Shown: positions 11,230 through 24,390, counted from the whole stretch's first letter. The stretch is 62,488 nucleotides of DNA, filler included, from Basidiobolus ranarum (GCA_040143965.1; 9 parts of 9 records of this genome joined end to end with filler, not necessarily neighbours in it), one strand, 5' to 3'. Program-made: numbers and translations. The notes: generated from the letters alone by a model not told the origin.

Positions 11230-12558
11230 CTATACAGACTCAGGTCGATTTGAATATTCGTTGAGCCATCCCTTGTAACGGAGAAATCGAGGAAATGTCT
11301 GCTGAAACATCATATCTAGGACTTCGGCAAGTGCTTGATCAAATAGTGAAATCTCTATAGGTTCTTTTGAAATGTCACAAGAGATCTGTTGAGATGTCTC
11401 AGCAGTTATGTTAATTTCAAAATCTGCGTTGCTGGAAATAAAAAGTCGATATATTTCATGGGCTTCTTGATATGTTCTGTCATACATAGCGGAAGAGTAT
11501 GATTTCCCTTCAATAGCTTTCATATCCTGAGTCCATTCACTCACACGGCGATAAAATAATGGATTTTCCACGCTGAAATCGCGCACGCTAAAAGCATGAA
11601 ATTCCTGAAACAAGGAAGGGTCATTGAGTAGATCTTCGAACAAAGGGCGTGCCCCATTCTTGGTTGAGTCTGCGGCTAAAAATCGCCGCTTTTCACGAAA
11701 CGGAATAAAAACAGAGATCCAATACATGCCCATGCACATGACAGCGGTCCACATTTGATTCGGAAATATTCTCAAAAATTGCTGGTCCTTATTTAATTCG
11801 GTAGATAATATACAGGCCAAGGTGCCCATAGCTCCAACACAAATATCCGAAAGAACCTCAAGTCTCATGTCGTATGCGTCTTTGATACCTCTCAAGTAAA
11901 ACAGTATGATGGGTAGTATACCTAAGGTGTAAAGTATGAAAATACCGAGGATCGGAGACCAATACCAATTGTTTATGCAACGGTCAACGGTTACTTTCGG
12001 AAAGTGATCTTTTTCGTTTTGCTTGAGCACGAAGTGTAAGATGATAGTCAAGATTATGTGAGGAATCATCCACACACTAATACCTATAATGTGGGCCTTC
12101 GTGGTGAGCAAGCGACGTAGCCAACTCCCTTTAGGGAACACACTACGATTCAGCACTTTTGTGGTTGCCATCAAGTAGGAGTTATCTTCTTTCGGGACAT
12201 CTTTATCTGAGCTTGGGTATCTGGAGGAATAAGCAAGGATTTTTTCGACACCGAACCGATACAAAATAATAAGTCGTATATGTTTGACTAGAGTGGTAAT
12301 AATCCACAGAGGAAGGAAAATGTATAAAATCCAGAAGTAAGCAAAGCATGAATATTTCGAAGACAAAGGGCCTGAAAGAAGAATATTTACAGTGACAAGA
12401 AGATTTGTAAGTGCATTAACACAAAACAATGGAGCACTCCGATATCTGATACTAGGGTAGTTTCTATTTTTTACAAAAAGATGAGCGGAGCCGATAACAA
12501 ATATTGTCCATACACCAGCTACCACGAAATATATAATGTCAATAACATCAAAATTCAT
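11230..12558 (-). CDS. Multi-pass membrane protein with C-terminal RGS domain (7TM-RGS / GprK-like), intronless
   Basis: About seven hydrophobic helices followed by FEDLLNDP..FQEFHAFSVRDFSVENPLFY..IYRLFI..EINI..LFDQA..VLDMMFQQTFPRFL (RGS signature). First ATG at 12558; the ORF extends to a TTG at 12594. Confidence 0.85.
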   Translation of the reverse strand: MNFDVIDIIYFVVAGVWTIFVIGSAHLFVKNRNYPSIRYRSAPLFCVNALTNLLVTVNILLSGPLSSKYSCFAYFWILYIFLPLWIITTLVKHIRLIILYRFGVEKILAYSSRYPSSDKDVPKEDNSYLMATTKVLNRSVFPKGSWLRRLLTTKAHIIGISVWMIPHIILTIILHFVLKQNEKDHFPKVTVDRCINNWYWSPILGIFILYTLGILPIILFYLRGIKDAYDMRLEVLSDICVGAMGTLACILSTELNKDQQFLRIFPNQMWTAVMCMGMYWISVFIPFREKRRFLAADSTKNGARPLFEDLLNDPSLFQEFHAFSVRDFSVENPLFYRRVSEWTQDMKAIEGKSYSSAMYDRTYQEAHEIYRLFISSNADFEINITAETSQQISCDISKEPIEISLFDQALAEVLDMMFQQTFPRFLRYKGWLNEYSNRPESV

Positions 12559-13940
12559 TGAATAAAAGAATGAAAGACAAATTGGGGAAAACAAGTTATG
12601 GCACGTAATACGCTGGACTTAGCCTTTATATAGTTCGGCAGACCCACAGTCTCAATGCTCGATGGTAGTTTCGCAGTTGTACAGACTAGGAAATGGCCTA
12701 TATTTGGAAGAGAAATAATCTACAAGCCGGTTTCCTAAGTACGTCTCATAGATAGCTACCAATTCTTAACAAGTGGTAATTGCCGAACTCAGATTTGGGC
12801 GCACTCTCTTTTGTGGAATCTGTTTGGTTGTCTAACTGCCTTCATGTATAAACCACGATCCCTTGCTTAGTCAAACTGTCAAACATCGTTGCCAACATAC
12901 CAAATTAGTGTGTGGAGAAGGATGAGTGCGTATCTTGAGAGTTTAGACCTATCAATTTGGTTAAAGGCGATGATGAGCCTTCGTTTTACTTCTCTGTAGT
13001 TTTGGTTTCCATCCTAGTTCGGAACATTAATATGCGTACCTTCATCAGTCCAAAACAAGTAATGGCATTGTATTTCACTTTCACCCCAAGATCGCATTAG
13101 AAATTCTAGATGGATCGCAAACGAAGAACCAAATTTAAGGGGCCCAATGTTTGATGAATTGATGCAGTTTTTACGACTTCTGTTTCGTACAAATGTCTAG
13201 ACGGTCAAAGCAGCAAAATTCAGCATTTAAGAGGCAAAAAATACTGGAGTCGCGGAACCTCGAAGCATTGAGTGTCGAGAATAAATGGAAATTGATTACG
13301 TTAAATCTCCGAAATGGTAAATTAAAGTATGTAGATCGATGGTTCCATTCATCTCTTTGACAAAATAGACTGCCAGGGGCTCCCTCTCATCACCAATTGG
13401 GGTCAAGTCCAGGCCCACCCTATGCTAAATTGCCATTCAGTCCCTAATCAGGCCGCCAAGTTAGAGTGGATAACAAGGTTGAAATGTGATATCACCATGG
13501 ATTTAATCCAAACTTGGAGGATGCCATGAACAACCGAATCTAAATCGTGCTTTATCGCAGATAGCAAACAGTGCACATCAATTACGGAGAAGCCAGGCCT
13601 GCTATAATAGGCGATTCTCAAGGGGAGTTGACAGAATCATCTTTGTTGGGTATTCAAGGCAGTAAAATGGGAAGAGCTTTTCGCTATATTTGTGGGTCGC
13701 TTTAAGGCCCTCACAGCTATTGCAGTTTATCTACTCCAGCCTAGGTTATTATTAGGATTGCAACTGAGATCAAATTAGCTAGCAAGAGGAATTCGTTTGC
13801 TCATCCAGGAGATTGCCTACATTGTTAGTCATACAATCGANNNNNNNNNNNNNNNNNNNNNNNNNNNNNNNNNNNNNNNNNNNNTTAATTAATTAANNNN
13901 NNNNNNNNNNNNNNNNNNNNNNNNNNNNNNNNNNNNNNNN

Positions 13941-14860
13941 CCGAACTGACTCTCTTCGGAAGCGTTGTCGTGAATACAGCCTCTGCACTGAAGATCAAAC
14001 GCTTTACACTCGATTTCAGTGGTAGACTGTCTCTACATCTCCCTACCACCATAAAAAAGTCCCATCGGGTTCTTACTGATCAAATTATCACCTTGGTTCA
14101 ACATAAACGAGCAAGTTCCATCTCGGGCCAATGTAATTTCCCATTCCAGATTCTAGTCCCAAGTGACCTTCCGGAATCTTTTCACAGAGATTTCGGCAAG
14201 ATCAAATACACACTAAAAGCCCTGGTTAAGACCTCCTTTATCAACTCCGATCTCAAAGCGGAGGTGCCAATCTACATGCAACGAAATGTGAATCTCCTGG
14301 AGGAGCCTTCAGAGGAGAGAGTATTCGAAATGCAATCCTCCGACATGTTCACCGGCACGGTGACACTCCCCACTACAGAATTCGCTCCTGGTGAGAAGTT
14401 TAACATCCAGGTAACAGCACTTACAGAGCAAGTATCTGGAGTTAGAAATATCTCTTGCACTCTGAAGGAATACACCCAATTTCACGTACCTTTAAGCCAG
14501 AATCAAACCCGGGAATTCCAAGGGAGGTACATGAAGATCCTTAACTCCACCAACAGTTTATGGAGTGGTAATGAACATACAAAAGTAATCCCGTTGACCA
14601 TTCCAGAGAATACAAGCTTTGGCTGCGTCAACAGCATGGTTGATATCTATCACGAACTGAGTGTTCGAGTTTATTTTACATCCAAGAATGGTGAGATTGA
14701 ATATGTCACCATCAATATTCCCATCCATACCATCTCATTTGACGATTCATCTGAATCCGAGCAACTCCCCTGCTATAATGCTACAGAGTTGCCACCATCA
14801 TATGCCGCAACCACTCAGTGTGCTGAGATGGGCGCAGTCTGTGTTCCAGAAAGATGTTAG
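13941..14860 (+). CDS. Alpha-arrestin (arrestin N/C domains, C-terminal PY motif), 5' truncated by contig break
   Basis: FPFQILVPSDLPESF..FGKIKYTLKA, IYHELSVRV and LPCY..LPPSY motifs. Confidence 0.85.
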
Positions 14861-15999
14861 CGTCACAGTCATTGTTTATACTCAAAATATTGGTGTAAGT
14901 TTAACCCGTCAATGTATATAAAAAACCTGTAAATTGTCACAGAACCACGAGGGATTATGCTTCGTCAAACTGTTCAATCAGTGAGATCAAGTTATCATTC
15001 CTTTTCTTTATAAGTTCATCACATACGTAACCAAATCCAATCTTTCAATTAAAGAAAGCTATACTCTTATTGGTGAATGAAATGTCTGGAAGCCGTTGAT
15101 GGCTCCTTTTATCTTCTTGCACTTAAGTGGTATAAATAAACCTCAGCGTCAACTATATTTTCGTAGATAGCCTGCACCCAGAGATGATCAATAAGTACTC
15201 AGTCAAAGTAGGAACCTAATCTATGATGTCAGGCAGATTTAGTATCATAATTCTTGAGAAAAGTGAGGCGTTGATTTAAGAATGAGATGTTATGACCGTC
15301 CGACTTCTCAGGTTTTCATTTTTCCCTTACAAACCAACTCGATCCACTTGGTGCTACTAACACACCAACGTGGTTAAACATTTTGAATACTTTTAACCTT
15401 GTATTGGGGTCAATTGCGGGATCATGATAAGGAGCTTTCAGGATTCAACTGTATAGACATCACATAGCCGATGAGTTTCGGCTGGGTTAGGATTGAAAAA
15501 TGGTATCAATATACAAATATTTCCGCAACGAAATGATCTATTTTATTTATATCGTCAGCAACTTTGTAAGTCAGCACATTGGTCAACAAATTATACGTAC
15601 ATTCTATGCTGCAAAAGATCTTTTTTTGGCAAGTGTAGATAGCCGAATATAAAGAAATATACATATATTTCATTACTTCTATAAGTTGTAAGTCAATGGA
15701 GTCCCACTAAATTGAGTTTTCGGATTTTATTGTGAATGAAATACTCCAGGAAATCTAAGGGCTTTATGGAATCATTCATGTATTTGTTTCCGAATGGTAA
15801 TCCTTGTTTACTCTATTGTATGATGTCAATCCAACGTTGCATACCGTTCTGCTATATTCTGACCAACATTAAAACATATATTAAGATTCAAGCGAGGTAG
15901 TCAACTATTGACAACAGTGTACCTCCAATATCAGAATTGATTGATTCTAGGGAGTAGAGTACAATGGTATGAAGTTTTCTACTATGTTTTGAGCAGTGC

Positions 16000-17560
16000 T
16001 GTTAATGGAATAAAGAAGCATGAATGTGAGCAATCTTAGAGCTATTGAAGTGGGAGAAATCACCAATGGTAGGGAATGAGAGTCTATTAGACACCAAATT
16101 TTGGTGTCCTGTAGATGTTGGAGAAATTAGGCTTTGATACCAATGACAAGCAAATATAGAATTTGTGGAGAATTACTAGGCAGGTAGTGTGGAACCAATG
16201 TTAGTTGAGACATACACTAAGCCAGAAGATTTAGTTAGCCTTTGATACTTTTCACAGCAAAGTGAAATATCAATTAGAAAAAGTTTGGGTATGCTGTGCA
16301 CCAACACTTAAAGTTGCTCAACTTTCACCCTCTGCAAGCAACTCACCTAAGTAACTGTTTAGTTAAACACTATTGTTAGCAAGTCAGCTGAATTTGTCAC
16401 TGTTGAAATTAGCATTGCCTAAACACCTATATAGTCATATATAGCTTAGTCAAACCACTTCCAACAGGCTCCCAAACACTTTAACAGTCATATGACCATA
16501 TACCCATTCTCTTATCCCATCTAACATATTGTATGACCTTTCACATGATCATTATTCCATCAGCGATAACCACTGAGTTATTGTTAGGGGATCTTGATAT
16601 AATACGGGTAGACTTAGCATATTAGAGGCAACTTTTGATAGTGTTTTAGTTACCTTAATCTTAAGAGAGTATGGTGACATATATAGTAAAGAGGTAAATT
16701 AATTGTTTAAGATATTCAAGAGTTTGTATAGTCAGATAAAATAGAAAAGTGAGGGTAATAAGTCATACATGTTATATACATATAGATATATTGCTAATTA
16801 GAATATAGGGGCTATAGATTTGGTGCTTTCTGTTTCTGATATATGTATCATAACTAAAGTTAATTAAAATGTTGAATAAAGATTGATTATCCAACAGTTA
16901 TCTGCCAAGATACTAGTCTATCTGAGTCCTCAGAATCATAACTAATGATCTTTCACTGCCAAGACTACAGCAGAAGCATGGCTCACCTATATATCTACAA
17001 ATATTTATTCAATCATATTTCTTCTCTCCAAATGAGTATTCTTGGTGCTGACAAATGCACTTTGTTACACAAAAGTATGAATAAAGTTAACTGAACCTTT
17101 TGGTTATGTAATAAAGGCAAATAACCTTTAAGCAACAAGGATAAAATAAGTAAATATGGAAATAAATTAAGTGGAAAAAGCATACATTATGCTTCTCTAT
17201 TTGAAGGTACTGAGCAGCATCACTCATACAAAATACAAGCTTGTGGCATCATTCAAGAGACATCAGGCATATTAGTAAGTGAAGAGTCATGTTATCACTC
17301 ATTGGGATATTAAATTGAGTGATACAATTCCAAGGTCAAGTTTTTAGTAGAGTTAACAACATTTGCAACAGCAAGAGTTACAAATTTTGCTCCATATGCT
17401 TGGCTGGGGCAGTAGAAGTGGTAAATTTCAACAATTTGCATACTGGGATCCTGGCTAATTGCATCCATATTGCCCAAGTGTCAGAGGTTTAGGTTGAATT
17501 CACTGTGGCTTGGAAGTTAATTTGCCATATAAGTCTCAATGCAATATTGGTAACTAAACT
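16000..17560 (-). mobile_element. Heavily degraded TE relic, possibly non-LTR retrotransposon
   Basis: CpG-depleted block. Minus-strand fragments resemble a zinc-knuckle ORF1 (LTNMPDV..CHKL) and an APE endonuclease (IGDF), but all frames are stop-riddled. Confidence 0.3.
16401..16486 (+). mobile_element. Miniature internally deleted solo LTR (family 2) with 5-bp TSD
   Basis: TGTTGAAATTAGCATTGCC..CTTTAACA is the two ends of the LTR at 55150-55508 joined together; flanks GTCAC/GTCAT. Confidence 0.85.
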
Positions 17561-18328
17561 TGGATACAATTACTATCACAGTATTGTTCCTAAAATCAAC
17601 ATTTCTCTTCTCATCAGAATTAATTAACAATCATAGTTTTAAACTTGATAACAAAATGCTGAGCGCGGGGTTCCTACCCATGCCTCCAAAGAGAAGGTAT
17701 CCAGAAAACAGCACCTTAGACCACGCAGCTATCTCTCCAATTACAACACAATGGACTTTTCATTGTTTTGATTGCAGTATATTCATATTGTCATAGATAT
17801 ATTCGTAAGATATCCCAATGGTGTATTTGATTAGTGATGTCAGGATCAAGTTTTCAAGTGAACGGTATACTTTTGAATATTCAACTAGTAGAAAATACAT
17901 TGAAAGTAACCTTTGCGGTAAACATTTTGAACTCCGCAACTAAATACCCTGATTAAATTAGTTAATAGCGGCCAATTGGAGATTATTTGAATGTGGTTGT
18001 TTCTATATATAGGAAAAATCACAATTGTGATTTTTGTTTGACTCTCCATGTTTAGATATAATAATTTGATCAAATGCCGCTCAATCCTGGCAATTGATTG
18101 AAAAACCCAGGTGTACTTGAATTACAACCTTATTATTCCAATTACGGACTTGGGAAATCCGAAAGGAAGTAAATACTTGATTACTTTGTTGTTAAAATAT
18201 ATATACTTGCATTTCGTGGATTTTCTAGTAATTTAAGAAAAATAGAAATTATGTGACGTAGTGGTAGTTTATTCAATGGTGATTATGTGTAGCTGGAAAG
18301 CTTAAGACAAGTACATTTGTGACTTGAA

Positions 18329-18673
18329 TTATGAAACAGTAGCAACAACTTTTATGCCATCTTCAAGACACAAGATGGCGCGAATATTCAATCCCAATGC
18401 GTTAATGTCTGCATTGACTTCGGGGGAACATTGTGTGCTTAGGTTAGGTACCATAGCGGTAGGCAACTCTTCCTCACTCTTAAGACAAATAACCGCGGCG
18501 ACTTTCACGGCCAAAACATTGATCTTAGCATTGATATCATCACAAGTACCAGGAGTGAGCGGTGTACCAGTAGACCCAACGTTGACATTTACCACAGCGT
18601 TCAAAGGTAAGGGTGCAGCAATTGCGGAGAAGATTGTGCATAAAACAACTAATGAAGCAAGAATGAAACGCAT
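18329..18673 (-). CDS. Small secreted protein with two Cys-bounded internal repeats
   Basis: Signal-peptide-like MRFILASLVVLCTIFSAIAAP; repeats TCDDINAKINVLAVKVAAVICL / QCSPEVNADINALGLNIRAILCL; TATATATA about 55 bp upstream. Confidence 0.8.
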   Translation of the reverse strand: MRFILASLVVLCTIFSAIAAPLPLNAVVNVNVGSTGTPLTPGTCDDINAKINVLAVKVAAVICLKSEEELPTAMVPNLSTQCSPEVNADINALGLNIRAILCLEDGIKVVATVS

Positions 18674-19637
18674 ATTTGAATATTAAAGGACTGGATAATG
18701 ATTACTAAAGGCTACATTTCTTGGCTATATATACTAAACATCACTCCAAACTTAGGTACCCCCTACCTACTGAAGATTTTACTTAGTATAGTCAGAGAAT
18801 ATAGATGTACCTACTATTAATTCAACGGTAACTACTCCTACTTCTTGATTCTATATGTAAATCAACGATATTTATTAGTCTAGCTTGTGGACTTTTGGGC
18901 CATAAAAATTGTTGAAAACTATCGAATTTTCTTTGCATGGGTCTTATTCTTCTGACTAGTGTGTCAATTACCATGGAGATCATACATCCCTCTAACCTGC
19001 ATAAAGATTGGATTCAGAATACTGCTCCATCGAGTTCATTCAAGAATGCATTACCAACACTTTCGGCGAACCCTGCATAAATATTCTGGTCAATATTACT
19101 TCATGCGTATCTAGTGTCACTAATCCTTGCCGTGTTGGACCGTGACTAGGGTCAAACCTGCATCCATAATGGCAAACCAAAACTGCAATTCTAGTGTTTA
19201 TCTAAGCCGAGTTACTATATCTTCTAATCAATCATCCCTCACCACCCTAATTAACTAATCTTGCCAACTGCAAAAATACCTTGATGTGAAAATTCAGCTC
19301 AACGGTTGCCATTGAATAAGTTCGAACTACAGATTTTAACCTAAAAATGAGCAAAGGTACTATATAATTCTTGGACAGTTCTTACATATATATTAATAAG
19401 GCACACATAAAGCTGACTATAGTGGTAAATGGGCTACTTTAATTTCACTGAAATATGGCTAGAGATTATTCGACTCGAAAACTGCAGGGGTTCAGCTATT
19501 TAGGCATCAGTGGTAAGTCGTGTGGAATGAAAAACCAACACCGATCTAATTGTATGCCAGTGAGTATAAAACGTGCTGAGTTTTTAACCTGATTCATATT
19601 ACCTAGTTCAATTGCTCGCAATTAACAACTTATTAAC

Positions 19638-19861
19638 ATGAAAGTTATACTTCTTGCTTCTTTGTTTTAATTAGCCACCGTAGCTACTCTATCTACCTAT
19701 AATGTTGGCAGTTTTGGTAGAGGTCACGCTATGAAAACAATGGTGCTGACAAACACTACAAAAGTGGCAGCAGCCATTACAGAAAGTGGTTCAACAAAGG
19801 AACTAATCATGTGCATCCAGATTTCACATTTACAGTAGAAATTATTTCTCACTATATTTGA
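19638..19861 (+). pseudogene. Probable disabled small secreted protein gene
   Basis: TATAAAA at 19565, ATG then MKVILLASLF*LATVATLS (signal-like, broken by TAA), AATAAA near 19884. Confidence 0.35.
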
Positions 19862-20277
19862 TACATATCCAATCCTAGTTACCAATAAATTCTATTTTTC
19901 AATGGCATTGCTCCCGTCAAGTCACAATGGAAATTACTACGTTTACCTCCAAAAGATTCGCAAGTGGCTAACCCACTTTTTAGGCATGTTACAGGGTAAT
20001 TGCTTATTTGCAAGCTATAATACAACCCCATGTTTCTGAGATATAATGGAGGACAACTTCATAGTTTTTAGCTGTGCGATGTTACTAACATGCCGATGTG
20101 GAACATATAGTACAAATTATTACAAAGCATTAATCAGCGCTTGTTTGACAATTGCATCAGAATCTTGACCAAGATCTTTTGTGAAATGGTCAAGCATTTG
20201 AAGATTAATTTAGATATAGTGACTAGAATGGCATTTGAAGATAGATTTAGATAATTAAGATGATTTTATTAAATAGT

Positions 20278-20804
20278 TTACACAGTGTGGATGAAGGTTA
20301 AGCGATAATTACTATGTACAATAAGAGATGAGAGCAGAATTCTAGCATTCGATTTATCATATTTTCTGAACAAGAAATAGAATATCCCCGTCATAACTCC
20401 CATTAGGCCAGTTCGAATTTCAAATACATATACGAAGTTTGGATCATTACTCCATATGGCTAAGATCAATCCGATCAAACTACCACCACAATTGGTGAAC
20501 AAGAACAAAGCAGTAACCACGGATTTAAGTTCAGGTGCGGCTTGTCTAAAGACAAACGCGAGTCCAGTAACCGAAGCGAAAATCTCTGAAATGGAGATAC
20601 CAATGAATGGAATGATTTGCCACTAGATGGAAATATCATTTACTGGATGTTGTCCTGCAGGCAAGTTACTCAAATCCGTGAAATTGTAGTAAGGTCCTGT
20701 CTTATATACTTGTAACTGGAGAACAGTGACAAAGACAAAGGCTAAAGTGGCAATGGTGAATCCAATAGTAATCCGTGTGATAGGGCCAAGACGACATCCC
20801 ATTC
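20278..20804 (-). pseudogene. C-terminal part of a POT/PTR2-family peptide transporter with an in-frame stop
   Basis: LGPITRITIGF..NDISI*WQIIPF..ISEIFASVTGL..AAPELKSVVTALFLFT; TAG at 20623-20625 where W is usual. 5' part lost at contig break. Confidence 0.75.
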
Positions 20805-21227
20805 NNNNNNNNNNNNNNNNNNNNNNNNNNNNNNNNNNNNNNNNNNNNTTAATTAATTAANNNNNNNNNNNNNNNNNNNNNNNNNNNNNNNNNNNNNNNN
20901 NNNNACTACACTAAACATTTGATACAGAGTAAGTCTTTGAACACTTATTCTTTTGCCATGTGTCTAGAAACAGAATTGGCAGTGTCTAATTTGGTTTGTT
21001 CACTTATGTCCAATTTATTGCGATCGTTCCATTGATTTTATGAAATGTCTAATTAATTTGTTTAATTCTTCTCATTTTAGATTAAAACACTGTACAGTGA
21101 ACAGAGTAGGAAATTTGATCTCGTGATTCAGTTGTGAACTAAAAAGATTTTCATACACAATCGGAAATTTGCTCCGGTTTTGAAGGTGGAGGGATAAAAG
21201 GTGAGAAATGGCGGCAATGCTGGGAAA

Positions 21228-23119
21228 TTAGAATATATGAATAAAAAATATATACCAACTAATGGCAAGAAGGACAACCAGTACTCCTCCATAGAATTGA
21301 TTCCAGTTGGAGGTTGCACTCTTCTTTACTAGAATATCTTCCTTCACTGCACCTTGAATGCATTCTGTGCGTTTCTTGTCACTCATGTCCAAGATGGAAT
21401 GCCAGGTAGTCTTATTGGTAATATAGATCACAATGCTTAATATGCAAGCTACAAATCCAAGAGCAACGTAGAACTTCATCACATTGCCGTACTTGTTGGA
21501 CCCCCTATCTTGGAGTCGTCCGACAAGAATATCAAAGATTGTGTTACTGATATTGGTAGCGCTTTTGTAAACCCCAAATGCGGTACCAACCGCATCTTTG
21601 TTCAGAATCAAAGGGATGCCGGAAATAACACACACTGGACCAATGCTCAAAGATATTGAAAACACAAGCATTCCGACAATCGGATGGACTGAGGTAAAAC
21701 CGAGAACATACATAGAGAGGAGGAATGTAGTTGAGGACAACATCACTAGAAACCAATGTTAAGTATATCGAGGTTGAAATTACACTCTTAGAAGTAAAGA
21801 TTACCTGATAGTGTTCTCTTGCCGAAACCATCCAGAATATATCCCATAAAGGGTGCGATGAAAATAGGAAGAAATTGAGCAAAACTAGCGTAGTAACCAG
21901 CCTGCTCTTCGTTTACATTGAAGCGACTCATGACTAACTCGCTGGGACAGATATTAGCAAGTTGAAATTCTCATACATTACAAAGAGTGTAGTTACCTGT
22001 TAATGTGAAGGAATGTGGTCCATCCACTACCAATAATGAAGTTCAACCAAATCATGATCCATACGAGGCCAGGGAAGTACAGAAGACGAGAGAACTTGAA
22101 TTCCTTCTTGTTACGAAGTTTCCGAAGCTCCTCTGGATTAGCATCCTCGTTGGATACTCTGACAATGATCACGTATAGAATGTTGATCAGCAAGGAAAGG
22201 ATACATAATACAGCAGACAACTATTATCGGCACCCGATAAATCAGAAAAGGGTTTGCAGCAAGTTATATAGTGAATGTTACCCAAAAGGCTGCCCCGTAG
22301 AACCCAACTGCCTTGTTAAGTGGTACAGCGGTTACAAAAGCTAGATAAGCAGCCTGATTGCATTAAAGTAGTTAGCTCATGTCATATACTACTACAACTA
22401 CGACTCGCGATCTTCCTACCAATCTTGAAGTAGCTATTTGAAGTCCGAGAGTAATAGCAAGTCCTTTTCCACGGAACCAAAGACTAATAATTGTCTCTAG
22501 GATTATCACGATAGCCCCGGACCCGATTCTGTAAAAGTAAAATATCAGAGTTGTGTTGGCAGTGACATGAAAAGAGCTACATACCCATAAAGAACACGGC
22601 CAATAATCATCATAGGGAAAGAAGAATACGATGCAGAGAAGGCTACGAATATGTTGCCAATGGCAATTAGAGTAGTAGAAAGAATCGAGCCCATATTCGT
22701 GCCGAAAGCGTCAATAAATACTCCACCAAGGATTGGTAAAACTGTATTGACCAAAGAGACCGAGGATTGAAGAACTCCATAATCAGAATTGGATATTCCC
22801 AGCTCCTTTAATGAAATTTGAATATGTTATATTTTTGGCGTACATAGGATATCGCCTCTTACCTGTTTAACTGTATTTTTTAAAGCACCGAGGGTATGCG
22901 CGGCGTAGTGACTCCCAACTGATATGATATAAGTTAGATGTACAAGGAATTGGAGCGTGGTTTTTTCTTACCAGAAAGTAGTAGAGCACAGAGTAAAGCG
23001 ATGGCTTTATATTTCCAAGGTTTGTTTTCGAATTGGGTGTTTTGGTCATTATCAGAAGGAGTGATAAGAGGTTGCGTCTCGGACCCACCACCTTCAGGTT
23101 GCTGCACTGTTGAAGACAT
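21228..23119 (-). CDS. MFS transporter (MFSD1-like), multi-exon
   Basis: Exons GSHYAAHTLGALKNTVKQ/ELGISNSDYGVLQSS..LPILGGVFIDAFG..MIIGRVLYG/IGSG..WFRGKGLAITLGLQIATSRL..GYILDGFGKR..GTAFGVYKS; N-terminal ETQPLI dileucine-like motif; GT-AG introns. Confidence 0.88.
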
Positions 23120-23520
23120 GATTGCTTTCCGGTTAGATGTGGAAAGTTGAAAGATATTTAATTCAATTGTCTCAACCTCGTGTACGAATCTTAAATGGAG
23201 AATGGTGAAACAAGCCTAATCAAGTGTAACTTGATGGAAAAATTCTCGATCGATTTTTATTAATCACTGGATCCACCGAATCTACACCCAAATCGACTTC
23301 CAAACCCCAACCATTATACTATGTATATGCTCAACAGTCATAGAAACTTGCAACTAAGGCATAAGTAGAGCTAAAAAAGCTGATAGTTTAGCTGACTAGA
23401 ATAGCTTAGGTCCAATATCTACTAATCTTATTTGGCAATAACCAAAAAAGTCATTTTTAAGCGAGAATGGTATTATCGTTTATTGCGTCACACTATGCGT
23501 TGGGCAACAGTGAAATTTAT

Positions 23521-24390
23521 CTACAAATACATCATTGATGATCTATCGTCTTCATCTGCTCTTAACTCCAAGGAATCAAGTGTTGAGAGAGCAATAGAGA
23601 AGCCAAATGATTGTCTTAATTGTTCGGAAAAATATTTCAACATCTATGAGGAATGGAGTTAGTTGGTGGCGAGGTCTAGATTGTTTAATGAATCGAATAC
23701 CTGAATATCATCCTTGGAGGTCATTTTGAACTTCTTGGAAGGATATAGAAGGAATTGAGTAGGAAGGTTTTCCATTCTTAATAACGTGATCAGTGTATTA
23801 AGGAATATGCTATTCAAAGGAACTGAAGTGTTAAGTGTCGGATAATTCAGTTGAATTTCTAGTACACAAGCGAATTAACAACTGTGAATATGCAAACATA
23901 TATATCATCAATCGATACTAACCAGAGTTTAAACAAGCAGTGTGCAACTCTTCTTTCGAAGCGGTAAAATCAAAAGCTCCCAGAATGTAGAGCATCTGGA
24001 CCTTACTTTTCGATATGAGACTTACTACAGCATCAGCTAAACCAAGAAGTTTCTTATCGGAAGGTAGCACATTGATGACAATAACACTAGTCTAAGTGGA
24101 TAATAAATTAGTCTCGATTGGATTTTCAACCATTAGCCTTTAAAAAACAAGCTGACCTCAAGGTGGTCAAAGTTTTTAACAATAAGTCTTCCTTGAGTAT
24201 CCAGATTGGTGATTATTGATTGTTCTTTATCGAAGCCATCAAAGTCTAAACTGATACTAGTAGTAGGATCCTCAATTGAGTTCAATAGACGAGTTCCAGC
24301 TATACAGTTGTCAGGAAATCCCAGAACAACCTTGGGATACAAAGGAATCTCCCCTTCGTAGTTAAGATTAAATGTAGCTGTATTCTGCAT
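23521..24390 (-). CDS. Putative proteasome assembly chaperone-like protein (4 exons, C-terminal HbYX)
   Basis: Clean GT-AG splicing gives MQNTATF..PKVVLGFPDNCIAG../TSVIVINV..MLYILGAF../EIQLNYPTL..FLLYPSKK../MLKYFSE..DRSSMMYL*. The gene model is solid; the function is inferred from the MYL end and overall pattern. Confidence 0.5.

Noticed and set aside
11230-14860. Functional GPCR-RGS plus arrestin cluster
   Set aside because: The two genes lie on different contigs joined artificially.
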